DNA from: the human T2T-CHM13v2.0 reference genome, Homo sapiens | Reading direction: 5' to 3' (one strand) | DNA: 64,000 bases | Assembly (NCBI RefSeq): GCF_009914755.1 | Contig: NC_060925.1 | Shown here: piece by piece, positions 1 through 14,029 of the stretch | How positions within the stretch are numbered: the stretch's first letter is position 1 | Layout of the letters: every line of letters starts with the position of its first letter | Program-made: the position numbers and the translations under genes | Notes under the pieces: model-generated | Database searches by the model: none | What the model saw: only the letters and a program-made list of their open reading frames with translations | What the model was told of the DNA's origin: nothing

Positions 1-932
1 GGAATCACCGAATAGAATCGAATGGAACAATCATCGAATGGACTCAAATGGAATTATCCTCAAATGGAATCGAATGGAATTATCGAATGCAATCGAATGG
101 AATTATCGAATGCAATCGAATAGAATCATCGAATGGACTCGAATGGAATCATCGAATGGAATGGAATGGAACAGTCAATGAACTCGAATGGAATCATCAT
201 TGAATGGAATCGAATGGAATCATCGAGTGGAATCGAATGGAATTATGATCAAATGGAATCGAATGTAATCATCATCAAATGGAATCAAAAATAACCATCA
301 TCAATTGGTATTGAATGGAATTCTCATCAAATGGAATTCAAAGGAATCATCATCAAATGTAACCGAATGGAATCCTCATTGAATGGAAATGAAAGGGGTC
401 ATCATCTAATGGAATCGCATGGAATCATCATCAAATGGAATCGAATGGAATCAACATCAAATGGAATCAAATGGAATCATTGAACGGAATTGAATGGAAT
501 CGTCATCGAATGAATTGAATGCAATCATCGAATGGTTTGAATGGAATGATCTTCAAATGGAATGGAATGGAATCATCGCATAGAATCGAATGGAATTATC
601 ATCGAATGGAATCGAATGGAATCAACATCAAACGGAAAAAAACGGAATTATCGAATGGAATCGAAGAGAATCATTGAATGGACCCGAATGGAATCATCTA
701 ATGGAATGGAATGGAATAATCCATGGACTCGAATGCAATCATCATCGAATGGAATCGAATGGAATCATCGAATGGACTCGAATGGAATAATCATTGAACG
801 GAATCGAATGGAATCATCATCGGATGGAAACGAATGGAATCATCATCGAATGGAATCGAATAGATTTATGGAATGAAATCCAGTGTGATCATCATCGAAT
901 GGACCCGAATGGAATCATCATCCAACGGAAGC

Positions 933-943
933 TAATGGAATCA
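933..943 (+). promoter_or_regulatory. DUX4-type double-homeodomain motif match TAATGGAATCA (representative; about two per unit)
   Basis: TAATGGAATCA at 933-943 and 1776-1786 fits the DUX4 consensus TAAYBBAATCA. HSATII is a known DUX4-bound and DUX4-activated repeat. This is a motif match only, with no binding data. Confidence 0.5.
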
Positions 944-1687
944 ACATCGAATGAATCAAATGGAAACACCATCGAATTGAAACGAATGGAATTACCATGA
1001 AATTGAAATGGATGGACTCATCATCAAATGGATTCGAATGGAATCATCGAATAAAATTGATTGAAATCATCATCGAATGGAATCGAATGGTATCATTGAA
1101 TGGAATCGAATGGAATCATCATCAGATGGAAATGAATGGAATCGTCATAGAATGGAATCGAATGGATTCATTGAATGGAATCAGATGGAATCATTGAATG
1201 GACTGGAATGGAATCATTGAATGGACTCGAAAGGGATCATCATTGAATGGAATTGAATGGAATCATCGAATGGTCTCGATTGGAATCATTATCAAATGGA
1301 ATCGAATGGAATCACCGAATAGAATCGAATGGAACAATCATCGAATGGACTCAAATGGAATTATCCTCAAATGGAATCGAATGGAATTATCGAATGCAAT
1401 CGAATGGAATTATCGAATGCAATCGAATAGAATCATCGAATGGACTCGAATGGAATCATCGAATGGAATGGAATGGAACAGTCAATGAACTCGAATGGAA
1501 TCATCATTGAATGGAATCGAATGGAATCATCGAGTGGAATCGAATGGAATTATGATCAAATGGAATCGAATGTAATCATCATCAAATGGAATCAAAAATA
1601 ACCATCATCAATTGGTATTGAATGGAATTGTCATCAAATGGAATTCAAAGGAATCATCATCAAATGGAACCGAATGGAATCCTCATT

Positions 1688-2155
1688 GAATGGAAATGAA
1701 AGGAGTCATCATCTAATGGAATCGCATGGAATCATCATCAAATGGAATCGAATGGAATCATCATCAAATGGAATCTAATGGAATCATTGAACAGAATTGA
1801 ATGGAATCGTCATGGAATGAATTGAATGCAATCATCGAATGGTCTCGAATGGAATCATCTTCTAATGGAAAGGAATGGAATCATCGCATAGAATCGAATG
1901 GAATTATCATCGAATGGAATCGAATGGTATCAACACCAAACGGAAAAAAACGGAATTATCGAATGGAATCGAAGAGAATCTTCGAACGGACCCGAATGGA
2001 ATCATCTAATGGAATGGAATGGAATAATCCATGGACTCGAATGCAATCATCATCGAATGGAATCGAATGGAATCATCGAATGGACTCGAATGGAATAATC
2101 ATTGAACGGAAGCGAATGGAATCATCATCAGATGGAAACGAATGGAATCATCATC
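1688..2155 (+). repeat. 468-bp internal module, copy A of the 1776-bp unit
   Basis: GAAATGAAAGG-GTCATCATCTAATGG occurs at 1693 and again at 2161 (offset 468). A-type markers are TTCTAATGGAAAGG, GGTATCAACACCAAACGG and AGAATCTTCGAACGG. Confidence 0.9.
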
Positions 2156-2625
2156 GAATGGAAATGAAAGGAGTCATCATCTAATGGAATTGCATGGAAT
2201 CATCATAAAATGGAATCGAATGGAATCAACATCAAATGGAATCAAATGGAATAATTGAACGGAATTGAATGGAATCGTCATCGAATGAATTGACATCAAT
2301 CATCGAATGGTCTCGAATGGAATCATCTTCAAATGGAATGGAATGGAATCATCGCATAGAATCGAATGGAATTATCATCGAATGGAATCGAATGGAATCA
2401 ACATCAAACGGAAAAAAACGGAATTATCGTATGGAATCGAAGAGAATCATCGAATGGACCCGAATGGAATCATCTAATGGAATGGAATGGAATAATCCAT
2501 GGACTCGAATGCAATCATCATCGAATGGAATCGAATGGAATCATCGAATGGACTCGAATGGAATAATCATTGAACGGAATCGAATGGAATCATCATGGGA
2601 TGGAAATGAATGGAATCATCATCGA
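2156..2625 (+). repeat. 468-bp internal module, copy B of the 1776-bp unit
   Basis: Second tandem copy (ORF starts 1801 and 2269 are 468 apart). B-type markers are TTCAAATGGAATGG, GGAATCAACATCAAACGG and AGAATCATCGAATGGACCC. It runs into the unit body at GAATAGAATTATGGAATGAAATCCAGTGTG. Confidence 0.9.
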
Positions 2626-3234
2626 ATGGAATCGAATAGAATTATGGAATGAAATCCAGTGTGATCATCATCGAATGGACCCGAATGGAATCATCATCCA
2701 ACGGAAGCTAATGGAATCAACATCGAATGAATCGAATGGAAACACCATCGAATTGAAACGAATGGAATTATCATGAAATTGAAATGGATGGACTCATCAT
2801 CGAATGGATTCGAATGGAATCATCGAATAAAATTGATTGAAATCATCATCCAATGGAATCGAATGGTATCATTGAATGGAATCGAATGGAATCATCATCA
2901 GATGGAAATGAATGGAATCGTCATAGAATGGAATCGAATGGATTCATTGAATGGAATCAGATGGAATCATCGAATGGACTGGAATGGAATCATTGAATGG
3001 ACTCGAAAGGGATCATTATTGAATGGAATTGAATGGAATCATCGAATGGTCTCGATTGGAATCATTATCAAATGGAATCGAATGGAATCACCGAATAGAA
3101 TCGAATGGAACAATCATCGAATGGACTCAAATGGAATTATCCTCAAATGGAATCGAATGGAATTATCGAATGCAATCGAATGGAATTATCGAATGCAATC
3201 GAATAGAATCATCGAAAGGACTCGAATGGAATCA

Positions 3235-3378
3235 TCGAATGGAATGGAATGGAACAGTCAATGAACTCGAATGGAATCATCATTGAATGGAATCGAATGG
3301 AATCATCGAATGGAATGGAATGGAACTGTCAATGAACTCGAATTGAATCATCATTGAATGGAATCGAATGGAATCATC
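3235..3378 (+). repeat. 71-bp tandem duplication inside a unit (1847-bp variant)
   Basis: GGAACAGTCAATGAACTCG at 3251 and GGAACTGTCAATGAACTCG at 3322. Anchor spacing 2773->4620 = 1776+71. Confidence 0.9.
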
Positions 3379-6300
3379 GAGTGGAATCGAATGGAATTAT
3401 GATCAAATGGAATCGAATGTAATCATCATCAAATGGAATCAAAAATAACCATCATCAATTGGTATTGAATGGAATTGTCATCAAATGGAATTCAAAGGAA
3501 TCATCATCAAATGGAACCGAATGGAATCCTCATTGAATGGAAATGAAAGGGGTCATCATCTAATGGAATCGCATGGAATCATCATCAAATGGAATCGAAT
3601 GGAATCATCATCAAATGGAATCTAATGGAATCATTGAACAGAATTGAATGGAATCGTCATCGAATGAATTGAATGCAATCATCGAATGGTCTCGAATGGA
3701 ATCATCTTCTAATGGAAAGGAATGGAATCATCGCATAGAATCGAATGGAATTAACATTGAATGGACTCGAATGGAATCAACATCAAATGGAATCAAGCGG
3801 AATTATCGAATGAAATCGAAGAGAATCATCGAATGGACTCGAATGGAATCATCTAATGGAATGGAATGGAATAATCCACGGACTCGAATGCAATTATCAT
3901 CGTATAGAATCGAATGGAATCATCGAATGGACTCGAATGGAATAACCATTGAACGGAATCGAATGGAATCATCATCGGATGGAAACGAATGGAATCATCA
4001 TCGAATGGAAATGAAAGGAGTCATCATCTAATGGAATTGCATGGAATCATCATAAAATGGAATCGAATGGAATCATCATCGAATGGAATCAAATGGAAGC
4101 ATTGAACGGAATTGAATGGAATCGTCATCGAATGAATTGAATGCAATCATCGAATGGTCTCGAATGGAATCATCTTCAAATGGAATGGAATGGAATCATC
4201 GCATAGAATCGAATGGAATTATCATCGAATGGAATCGAATGGTATCAACATCAAACGGAGAAAAACGGAATTACCGAATGGAATCGAAGAGAATCTTCGA
4301 ACGGACCCGAATGGAATCATCTAATGGAATGGAATGGAATAATCCATGGACTCGAATGCAATCATCATCGAATGGAATCGAATGGATTCATTGAATGGAC
4401 TCGAATGGAATAATCATTGAACAGAATCGAATGGAATCATCATCGGATGGAAATGAATGGAATCATCATCGAATGGAATCGAATGGAATTATGGAATGAA
4501 ATCCAGTGTGATCATCATCGAATGGACCCGAATGGAATCATCATCCAACGGAAGCTAATGGAATCAACATCGAATGAATCGAATGGAAACACCATCGAAT
4601 TGAAACGAATGGAATTATCATGAAATTGAAATGGATGGACTCATCATCGAATGGATTCGAATGGAATCATCGAATAAAATTGATTGAAATTATCATCAAA
4701 TGGAATCGAATGGTATCATTGAATGGAATCGAATGGAATCATCATCAGATGGAAATGAATGGAATCGTCATAGAATGGAATCGAATGGATTCATTGAATG
4801 GAATCAGATGGAATCATCGAATGGACTGGAATGGAATCATTGAATGGACTCGAAAGGGATCATTATTGAATGGAATTGAATGGAATCATCGAATGGTCTC
4901 GATTGGAATCATTATCAAATGGAATCGAATGGAATCACCGAATAGAATCGAATGGAACAATCATCAAATGGACTCAAATGGAATTATCCTCAAATGGAAT
5001 CGAATGGAATTATCGAATGCAATCGAATGGAATTATCGAATGCAATCGAATAGAATCATCGAATGGACTCGAATGGAATCATCGAATGGAATGGAATGGA
5101 ACAGTCAGTGAACTCGAATGGAATCATCATTGAATGGAATCGAATGGAATCATCGAGTGGAATCGAATGGAATTATGATCAAATGGAATCGAATGTAATC
5201 ATCATCAAATGGAATCAAAAATAACCATCATCAATTGGTATTGAATGGAATTGTCATCAAATGGAATTCAAAGGAATCATCATCAAATGGAACCGAATGG
5301 AATCCTCATTGAATGGAAATGAAAGGGGTCATCATCTAATGGAATCGCATGGAATCATCATCAAATGGAATCGAATGGAATCATCATCAAATGGAATCTA
5401 ATGGAATCATTGAACAGAATTGAATGGAATCGTCATCGAATGAATTGAATGCAATCATCGAATGGTCTCGAATGGAATCATCTTCTAATGGAAAGGAATG
5501 GAATCATCGCATAGAATCGAATGGAATTATCATCGAATGGAATCGAATGGTATCAACACCAAACGGAAAAAAACGGAATTATCAAATGGAATCGAAGAGA
5601 ATCTTCGAACGGACCCGAATGGAATCATCTAATGGAATGGAATGGAATAATCCATGGACTCGAATGCAATTATCATCGTATAGAATCGAATGGAATCATC
5701 GAATGGACTCGAATGGAATAACCATTGAACGGAATCGAATGGAATCATCATCGGATGGAAACGAATGGAATCATCATCGAATGGAAATGAAAGGAGTCAT
5801 CATCTAATGGAATTGCATGGAATCATCATAAAATGGAATCGAATGGAATCATCATCAAATGGAATCAAATGGAATCATTGAACGGAATTGAATGGAATCG
5901 TCATCGAATGAATTGACTGCAATCATCGAATGGTCTCAAATGGAATCATCTTCAAATGGAATGGAATGGAATCATCGCATAGAATCGAATGGAATTATCA
6001 TCGAATGGATTCGAATGGAATCAACATCAAACGGAAAAAAACGGAATTATCGAATGGAATCGAAGAGAATCATCGAATGGAGCCGAATGGAATCAACTAA
6101 TGGAATGGAATGGAATAATCCATGGACTCGAATGCAATCATCATCGAATGGAATCGAATGGAATCATCGAATGGACTCGAATGGAATAATCATTGAACGG
6201 AATCGAATGGAATCATCATCGGATGGAAATGAATGGAATCATCATCGAATGGAATCGAATAGAATTATGGAATGAAATCCAGTGTGATCATCATCGAATG

Positions 6301-9300
6301 GACCCGAATGGAATCATCATCCAACGGAAGCTAATGGAATCAACATCGAATGAATCAAATGGAAACACCACCGAATTGAAACGAATGGAATTACCATGAA
6401 ATTGAAATGGATGGACTCATCATCAAATGGATTCGAGTGGAATCATCGAATAAAATTGATTGAAATCATCATCGAATGGAATCGAATGGTATCATTGAAT
6501 GGAATCGAATGGAATCATCATCAGATGGAAATGAAAGGAATCGTCATAGAATGGAATCGAATGGATTCATTGAATGGAATCAGATGGAATCATTGAATGG
6601 ACTGGAATGGAATCATTGAATGGACTCGAAAGGGATCATTATTGAATGGAATTGAATGGAATCATCGAATGGTCTCGATTGGAATCATTATCAAATGGAA
6701 TCGAATGGAATCACCGAATAGAATCGAATGGAACAATCATCGAATGGACTCAAATGGAATTATCCTCAAATGGAATTGAATGGAATTATCGAATGCAATC
6801 GAATGGAATTATCGAATGCAATCGAATAGAATCATCGAATGGACTCGAATGGAATCATCGAATGGAATGGAATGGAACAGTCAATGAACTCGAATGGAAT
6901 CATCATTGAATGGAATCGAATGGAATCATCGAGTGGAATCGAAAGGAATTATGACCAAATGGAATCGAATGTAATCATCATCAAATGGAATCAAAAATAA
7001 CCATCATCAATTGGTATTGAATGGAATTGTCATCAAATGGAATTCAAAGGAATCATCATCAAATGGAACCGAATGGAATCCTCATTGAATGGAAATGAAA
7101 GGGGTCATCATGTAATGGAATCGCATGGAATCATCATCAAATGGAATCGAATGGAATCATCATCAAATGGAATCTAATGGAATCATTGAAAAGAATTGAA
7201 TGGAATCGTCATCGAATGAATTGAATGCAATCATCGTATGGTCTCGAATGGAATCATCTTCTAATGGAAAGGAATGGAATCATCGCATAGAATCGAATGG
7301 AATTATCATCGAATGGAATCGAATGGTATCAACACCAAACGGAAAAAAACGGAATTATCGAATGGAATCGAAGAGAATCTTCGAACGGACCCGAATGGAA
7401 TCATCTAATGGAATGGAATGGAATAATCCATGGACTCGAATGCAATCATCATCGAATGGAATCGAATGGAATCATCGAATGGACTCGAATGGAATAATCA
7501 TTGAACGGAATCGAATGGAATCATCATAGGATGGAAACGAATGGAATCATCATCGAATGGAAATGAAAGGAGTCATCATCTAATGGAATTGCATGGAATC
7601 ATCATAAAATGGAATCGAATGGAATCAACATCAAATGGAATCAAATGGAATCATTGAACGGAATTGAATGGAATCGTCATCGAATGAATTGAATGCAATC
7701 ATCGAATGGTCTCGAATGGAATCATCTTCAAATGGAATGGAATGGAATCATCGCACAGAATCGAATGGAATTATCATCGAATGGAATCGAATGGAATCAA
7801 CATCAAACGGAAAAAAACGGAATTATCGAATGGAATCGAAGAGAATCATCGAATGGACCCGAATGGAATCATCTAATGGAATGGAATTGAATAATCCATG
7901 GACTCGAATGCAATCATCATCGAATGGAATCGAATGGAATCATCGAATGGACTCGAATGGAATAATCATTGAACGGAATCGAATGGAATCATCATCGGAT
8001 GGAAATGAAAGGAGTCATCATCTAATGGAATTGCATGGAATCATCATAAAATGGAATCGAATGGAATCAACATCAAATGGAATCAAATGGAATCATTGAA
8101 CGGAATTGAATGGAATCGTCATCGAATGAATTGAATGCAATCATCGAATGGTCTCGAATGGAATCAACTTCAAATGGAATGGAATGGAATCATCGCATAG
8201 AATCGAATGGAATTATCATCGAATGGAATCGAATGGAATCAACATCAAACGGAAAAAAACGGAATTATCGAATGGAATCGAAGAGAATCATCGAATGGAC
8301 CCGAATGGAATCATCTAATGGAATGGAATGGAATAATCCATGGACTCGAATGCAATCATCATCGAATGGAATCGAATGGAATCATCGAATGGACTCGAAT
8401 GGAATAATCATTGAATGGAATCGAATGGAATCGTCATCGGATGGAAATGAATGGAATCATCATCGAATGGAATCGAATAGAATTATGGAATGAAATCCAG
8501 TGTGATCATCATCGAATGGACCCGAATGGAATCATCATCCAACGGAAGCTAATGGAATCAACATCGAATGAATCGAATGGAAACACCATCGAATTGAAAC
8601 GAATGGAATTACCATGAAATTGAAATGGATTGACTCATCATCGAATGGATTCGAATGGAATCATCGAATAAAATTGATTGAAATCATCATCGAATGGTAT
8701 CGAATGGTATCATTGAATGGAATCGAATGGAATCATCATCAGATGGAAATGAATGGAATCGTCATAGAATGGAATCAAATGGATTCATTGAATGGAATCA
8801 GATGGAATCATCGAATGGACTGGAATGGAATCATTGAATGGACTCGAAAGGGATCATTATTGAATGGAATTGAATGGAATCATCGAATGGTCTCGATTGG
8901 AATCATTATCAAATGGAATCGAATGGAATCACCGAATAGAATCGAATGGAACAATCATCGAATGGACTCAAATGGAATTATCCTCAAATGGAATCGAATG
9001 GAATTATCGAATGCAATCGAATGGAATTATCGAATGCAATCGAATAGAATCATCGAATGGACTCGAATGGAATCATCGAATGGAATGGAATGGAACAGTC
9101 AATGAACTCGAATGGAATCATCATTGAATGGAATCGAATGGAATCATCGAGTGGAACCGAATGGAATTATGATCAAATGGAATCGAATGTAATCATCATC
9201 AAATGGAATCAAAAATAACCATCATCAATTGGTATTGAATGGAATTGTCATCAAATGGAATTCAAAGGAATCATCATCAAATGGAACCGAATGGAATCCT

Positions 9301-12300
9301 CATTGAATGGAAATGAAAGGGGTCATCATCTAATGGAATCGCATGGAATCATCATCAAATGGAATCGAATGGAATCATCATCAAATGGAATCTAATGGAA
9401 TCATTGAACAGAATTGAATGGAATCGTCATCGAATGAATTGAATGCAATCATCGAATGGTCTCGAATGGAATCATCTTCTAATGGAAAGGAATGGAATCA
9501 TCGCATAGAATCGAATGGAATTATCATCGAATGGAATCGAATGGTATCAACACCAAACGGAAAAAAACGGAATTATCGAATGGAATCGAAGAGAATCTTC
9601 GAACGGACCCGAATGGAATCATCTAATGGAATGGAATGGAATAATCCATGGACTCGAATGCAATCATCATCGAATGGAATCAAATGGAATCATCGAATGG
9701 ACTCGAATGGAATAATCATTGAACGGAATCGAATGGAATCATCATCGGATGGAAACGAATGGAATCATCATCGAATGGAAATGAAAGGAGTCATCATCTA
9801 ATGGAATTGCATGGAATCATCATAAAATGGAATCGAATGGAATCAACATCAAATGGAATCAAATGGAATCATTGAACGGAATTGAATGGAATCGTCATCG
9901 AATGAATTGAATGCAATCATCGAATGGTCTCGAATGGAATAATCTTCAAATGGAATGGAATGGAATCATCGCATAGAATCGAATGGAATTATCATCGAAT
10001 GGAATCGAATGGAATCAACATCAAACGGAAAAAAACGGAATTATCGAATGGAATCGAAGAGAATCATCGAATGGACCCGAATGGAATCATCTAATGGAAT
10101 GGAATGGAATAATCCATGGACACGAATGCAATCATCATCGAATGGAATCGAATGGAATCATCGAATGGACTCGAATGGAATAATCATTGAACGGAATCGA
10201 ATGGAATCATCATCGGATGGAAATGAATGGAATCATCATCGAATGGAATCGAATAGAATTATGGAATGAAATCCAGTGTGATCATCATCGAATGGACCCG
10301 AATGGAATCATCATCCAACAGAAGCTAATGGAATCAACATCGAATGAATCGAATGGAAACACCATCGAATTCAAAGGAATGGAATTACCATGAAATTGAA
10401 ATGGATGGACTCATCATCGAATGGATTCGGATGGAATCATCGAATAAAATTGATTGAAATCATCATCGAATGAAATCGAATGGTATCATTGAATGGAATC
10501 GAATGGAATCATCATCAGATGGAAATGAATGGAATCGTCATAGAATGGAATCGAATGGATTCATTGAATGGAATCAGATGGAATCATCGAATGGACTGGA
10601 ATGGAATCATTGAATGGACTCGAAAGGGATCATGATTGAATGGAATTGAATGGAATCATCGAATGGTCTCGATTGGAATCATTATCAAATGGAATCGAAT
10701 GGAATCACCGAATAGAATCGAATGGAACAATCATCGAATGGACTCAAATGGAATTATCCTTAAATGGAATCGAATGGAATTATCGAATGCAATCGAATAG
10801 AATCATCGAATGGACTCGAATGGAATCATCGAACGGAATGGAATGGAACAGTCAATGAACTCGAATGGAATCATCATTGAATGGAATCGAATGGAATCAT
10901 CGAGTGGAATCGAATGGAATTATGATCAAATGGAATCGAATGTAATCATCATCAAATGGAATCAAAAATAACCATCATCAATTGGTATTGAATGGAATTG
11001 TCATCAAATGGAATTCAAAGGAATCATCATCAAATGGAACCGAATGGAATCCTCATTGAATGGAAATGAAAGGGGTCATCATCTAATGGAATCGCATGGA
11101 ATCATCATCAAATGGAATCGAATGGAATCATCATCAAATGGAATCTAATGGAATCATTGAACAGAATTGAATGGAATCGTCATCGAATGAATTGAATGCA
11201 ATCATCGAATGGTCTCGAATGGAATCATCTTCTAATGGAAAGGAATGGAATCATCGCATAGAATCGAATGGAATTATCATCGAATGGAATCGAATGGTAT
11301 CAACACCAAACGGAAAAAAACGGAATTATCGAATGGAATCGAAGAGAATCTTCGAACGGACCCGAATGGAATCATCTAATGGAATGGAATGGAATAATCC
11401 ATGGACTCGAATGCAATCATCATCGAATGGAATCGAATGGAATCATCGAATGGACTCGAATGGAATAATCATTGAACGGAATCGAATGGAATCATCATCG
11501 GATGGAAACGAATGGAATCATCATCGAATGGAAATGAAAGGAGTCATCATCTAATGGAATTGCATGGAATCATCATAAAATGGAATCGAATGGAATCAAC
11601 ATCAAATGGAATCAAATGGAATCATTGAACGGAATTGAATGGAATCGTCATCGAATGAATTGACTGCAATCATCGAATGGTCTCGAATGTAATCAGATTC
11701 TAATGGAAAGGAATGGAATCATCGCATAGAATCGAATGGAATTAACATTGAATGGACTCGAATGGAATCAACATCAAACGGAATCAAGCGGAATTATCGA
11801 ATGGAATCGAAGAGAATCATCGAATGGTCTCGAATGGAATCATATTCTAATGGAAAGGAATGGAATCATCGCATAGAATCGAATGGAATTAACATTGAAT
11901 GGACTCGAATGGAATCAACATCAAATGGAATCAAGCGGAATTATCGAATGAAATCGAAGAGAATCATGGAATGGACTCGAATGGAATCATCTAATGGAAT
12001 GGAATGGAATAATCCACGGACTCGAATGCAATCATCATCGTATAGAATCGAATGGAATCATCGAATGGACTCGAATGGAATAATCATTGAACGGAATCGA
12101 ATGGAATCATCATCGGATGGAAACGAATGGAATCATCATCGAATGGAAATGAAAGGAGTCATCATCTAATGGGATTGCATGGAATCATCATAAAATGGAA
12201 TCGAAGGGAATCAACATCAAATGGAATCAAATGGAATCATTGCACGGAATTGAATGGAATCGTCATCGAATGAATTGAATGCAATCATCGAATGGTCTCG

Positions 12301-14029
12301 AATGGAATCATCTTCAAATGGAATGGAATGGAATCATCGCATAGAATCGAATGGAATTATCATCGAATGGAATCGAATGGAATCAACATCAAACGGAAAA
12401 ATCGGAATTATCGTATGGAATCGAAGAGAATCATCGAATGGACCCGAATGGAATCATCTAATGGAGTGGAATGGAATAATCCACGGACTCGAATGCAATC
12501 ATCATCGAATGGAATCGAATGGAATCATCGAATGGACTCGAATGGAATAATCATCGAACGGAATCGAATGGCGTCATCATCGGATGGAAATGAATGGAAT
12601 CATCATCGAATGGAATCGAATAGAATTATGGAATGAAATCCAGTGTGATCATCATCGAATGGACCCGAATGGAATCATCATCCAACGGAAGCTAATGGAA
12701 TCAACATCGAATGAATCGAATGGAAACACCATCGAATTGAAACGAATGGAATTATCATGAAATTGAAATGGATGGACTCATCATCGAATGGATTCGAATG
12801 GAATCATCGAATAAAATTGATTGAAATCATCAACAAATGGAATCGAATGGTATCATTGAATGGAATCGAATGGAATCATCATCAGATAGAAATGAATGGA
12901 ATCGTCATAGAATGGAATCGAATGGTTTCATTGAATGGAATCAGATGGAATCATCGAATGGACTGGAATGGAATCATTGAATGGACTCGAAAGGATTCAT
13001 TATTGAATGGAATTGAATGGAATCATCGAATAGTCTCGATTCGAATCATTATCAAATGGAATCGAATGGAATCACCGAATAGAATCGCATGGAACAATCA
13101 TCGAATGGACTCAAATGGAATTATCCTCAAATGGAATCGAATGGAAATATCGAATGCAATCGAATGGAATTATCGAATGCAATCGAATAGAATCATCGAA
13201 TGGACTCGAATGGAATCATCGAATGGAATGGAATGGAATGGAACAGTCAATGAACTCGAATGGAATCATCATTGAATGGAATCGAATGGAATCATCGAGT
13301 GGAATCGAATGGAATTATGATCAAATGGAATCGAATGTAATCATCATCAAATGGAATCAAAAATAACCATCATCAATTGGTATTGAATGGAATTGTCATC
13401 AAATGGAATTCAAAGGAATCATCATCAAATGGAACCGAATGGAATCCTCATTGAATGGAAATGAAAGGGGTCATCATCTAATGGAATCGCATGGAATCAT
13501 CATCAAATGGAATCGAATGGAATCATCATCAAATGGAATCTAATGGAATCATTGAACAGAATTGAATGGAATCGTCATCGAATGAATTGAATGCAATCAC
13601 CGAATGGTCTCGAATGGAATCATCTTCTAATGGAAAGGAATGGAATCACCGCATAGAATCGAATGGAATTAACATAGAATGGACTCGAATGGAATCCACA
13701 TCAAACGGAATCAAGCGGAATTATCGAATGGAATCGAAGAGAATCATCGAATGGACTCGAATGGAATCATCTAATGGAATGGAATGGAATAATCCACGGA
13801 CTCGAATGCAATCATCATCGTATAGAATCGAATGGAATCATTGAATGGACTCGAATGGAATAATCATTGAACGGAATCAAATGGAATCATCATCGGATGG
13901 AAACGAATGGAATCATCATCGAATGGAAAAGAAAAGAGTCATCATCTAATGGAATTGCATGGAATCATCATAAAATGGAATCGAATGGAATCAACATCAA
14001 ATGGAATCAAATGGAATCATTGAACGGAA

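Larger units (their letters stand above)
997..2772 (+). repeat. Representative 1776-bp repeat unit (1.77-kb HSat2 unit, typical of chromosome 1q12)
   Basis: The anchor ATGAAATTGAAATGGATGG lies at 997, 2773, 4620, 6396, 8614, 10390, 12757, 15003, 16311, 18087, 19861, 21637 (diverged), 24742, 26937, 29155, 32298, 33605, 36307, 37614, 39380, 41303, 43091, 44866, 46641, 47949, 49871, 51664, 53439, 54747, 56523, 58445, 59339, 61115, 63037 and 63931. The modal spacing is 1774-1776. An EcoRI site (GAATTCAAAGG) is at 1641. Confidence 0.93.

Noticed and set aside
1970-1992. Possible heat-shock element in AGAATCTTCGAAC of module A
   Set aside because: It has only two correctly spaced nGAAn/nTTCn units, and the third GAA is out of phase, so it is not a canonical HSE.
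11762-11908. 147-bp duplication length as evidence of nucleosome-guided rearrangement
   Set aside because: 147 equals three 49-bp (23+26) satellite subunits, and all copies appear to descend from one event, so the match carries no statistical weight.
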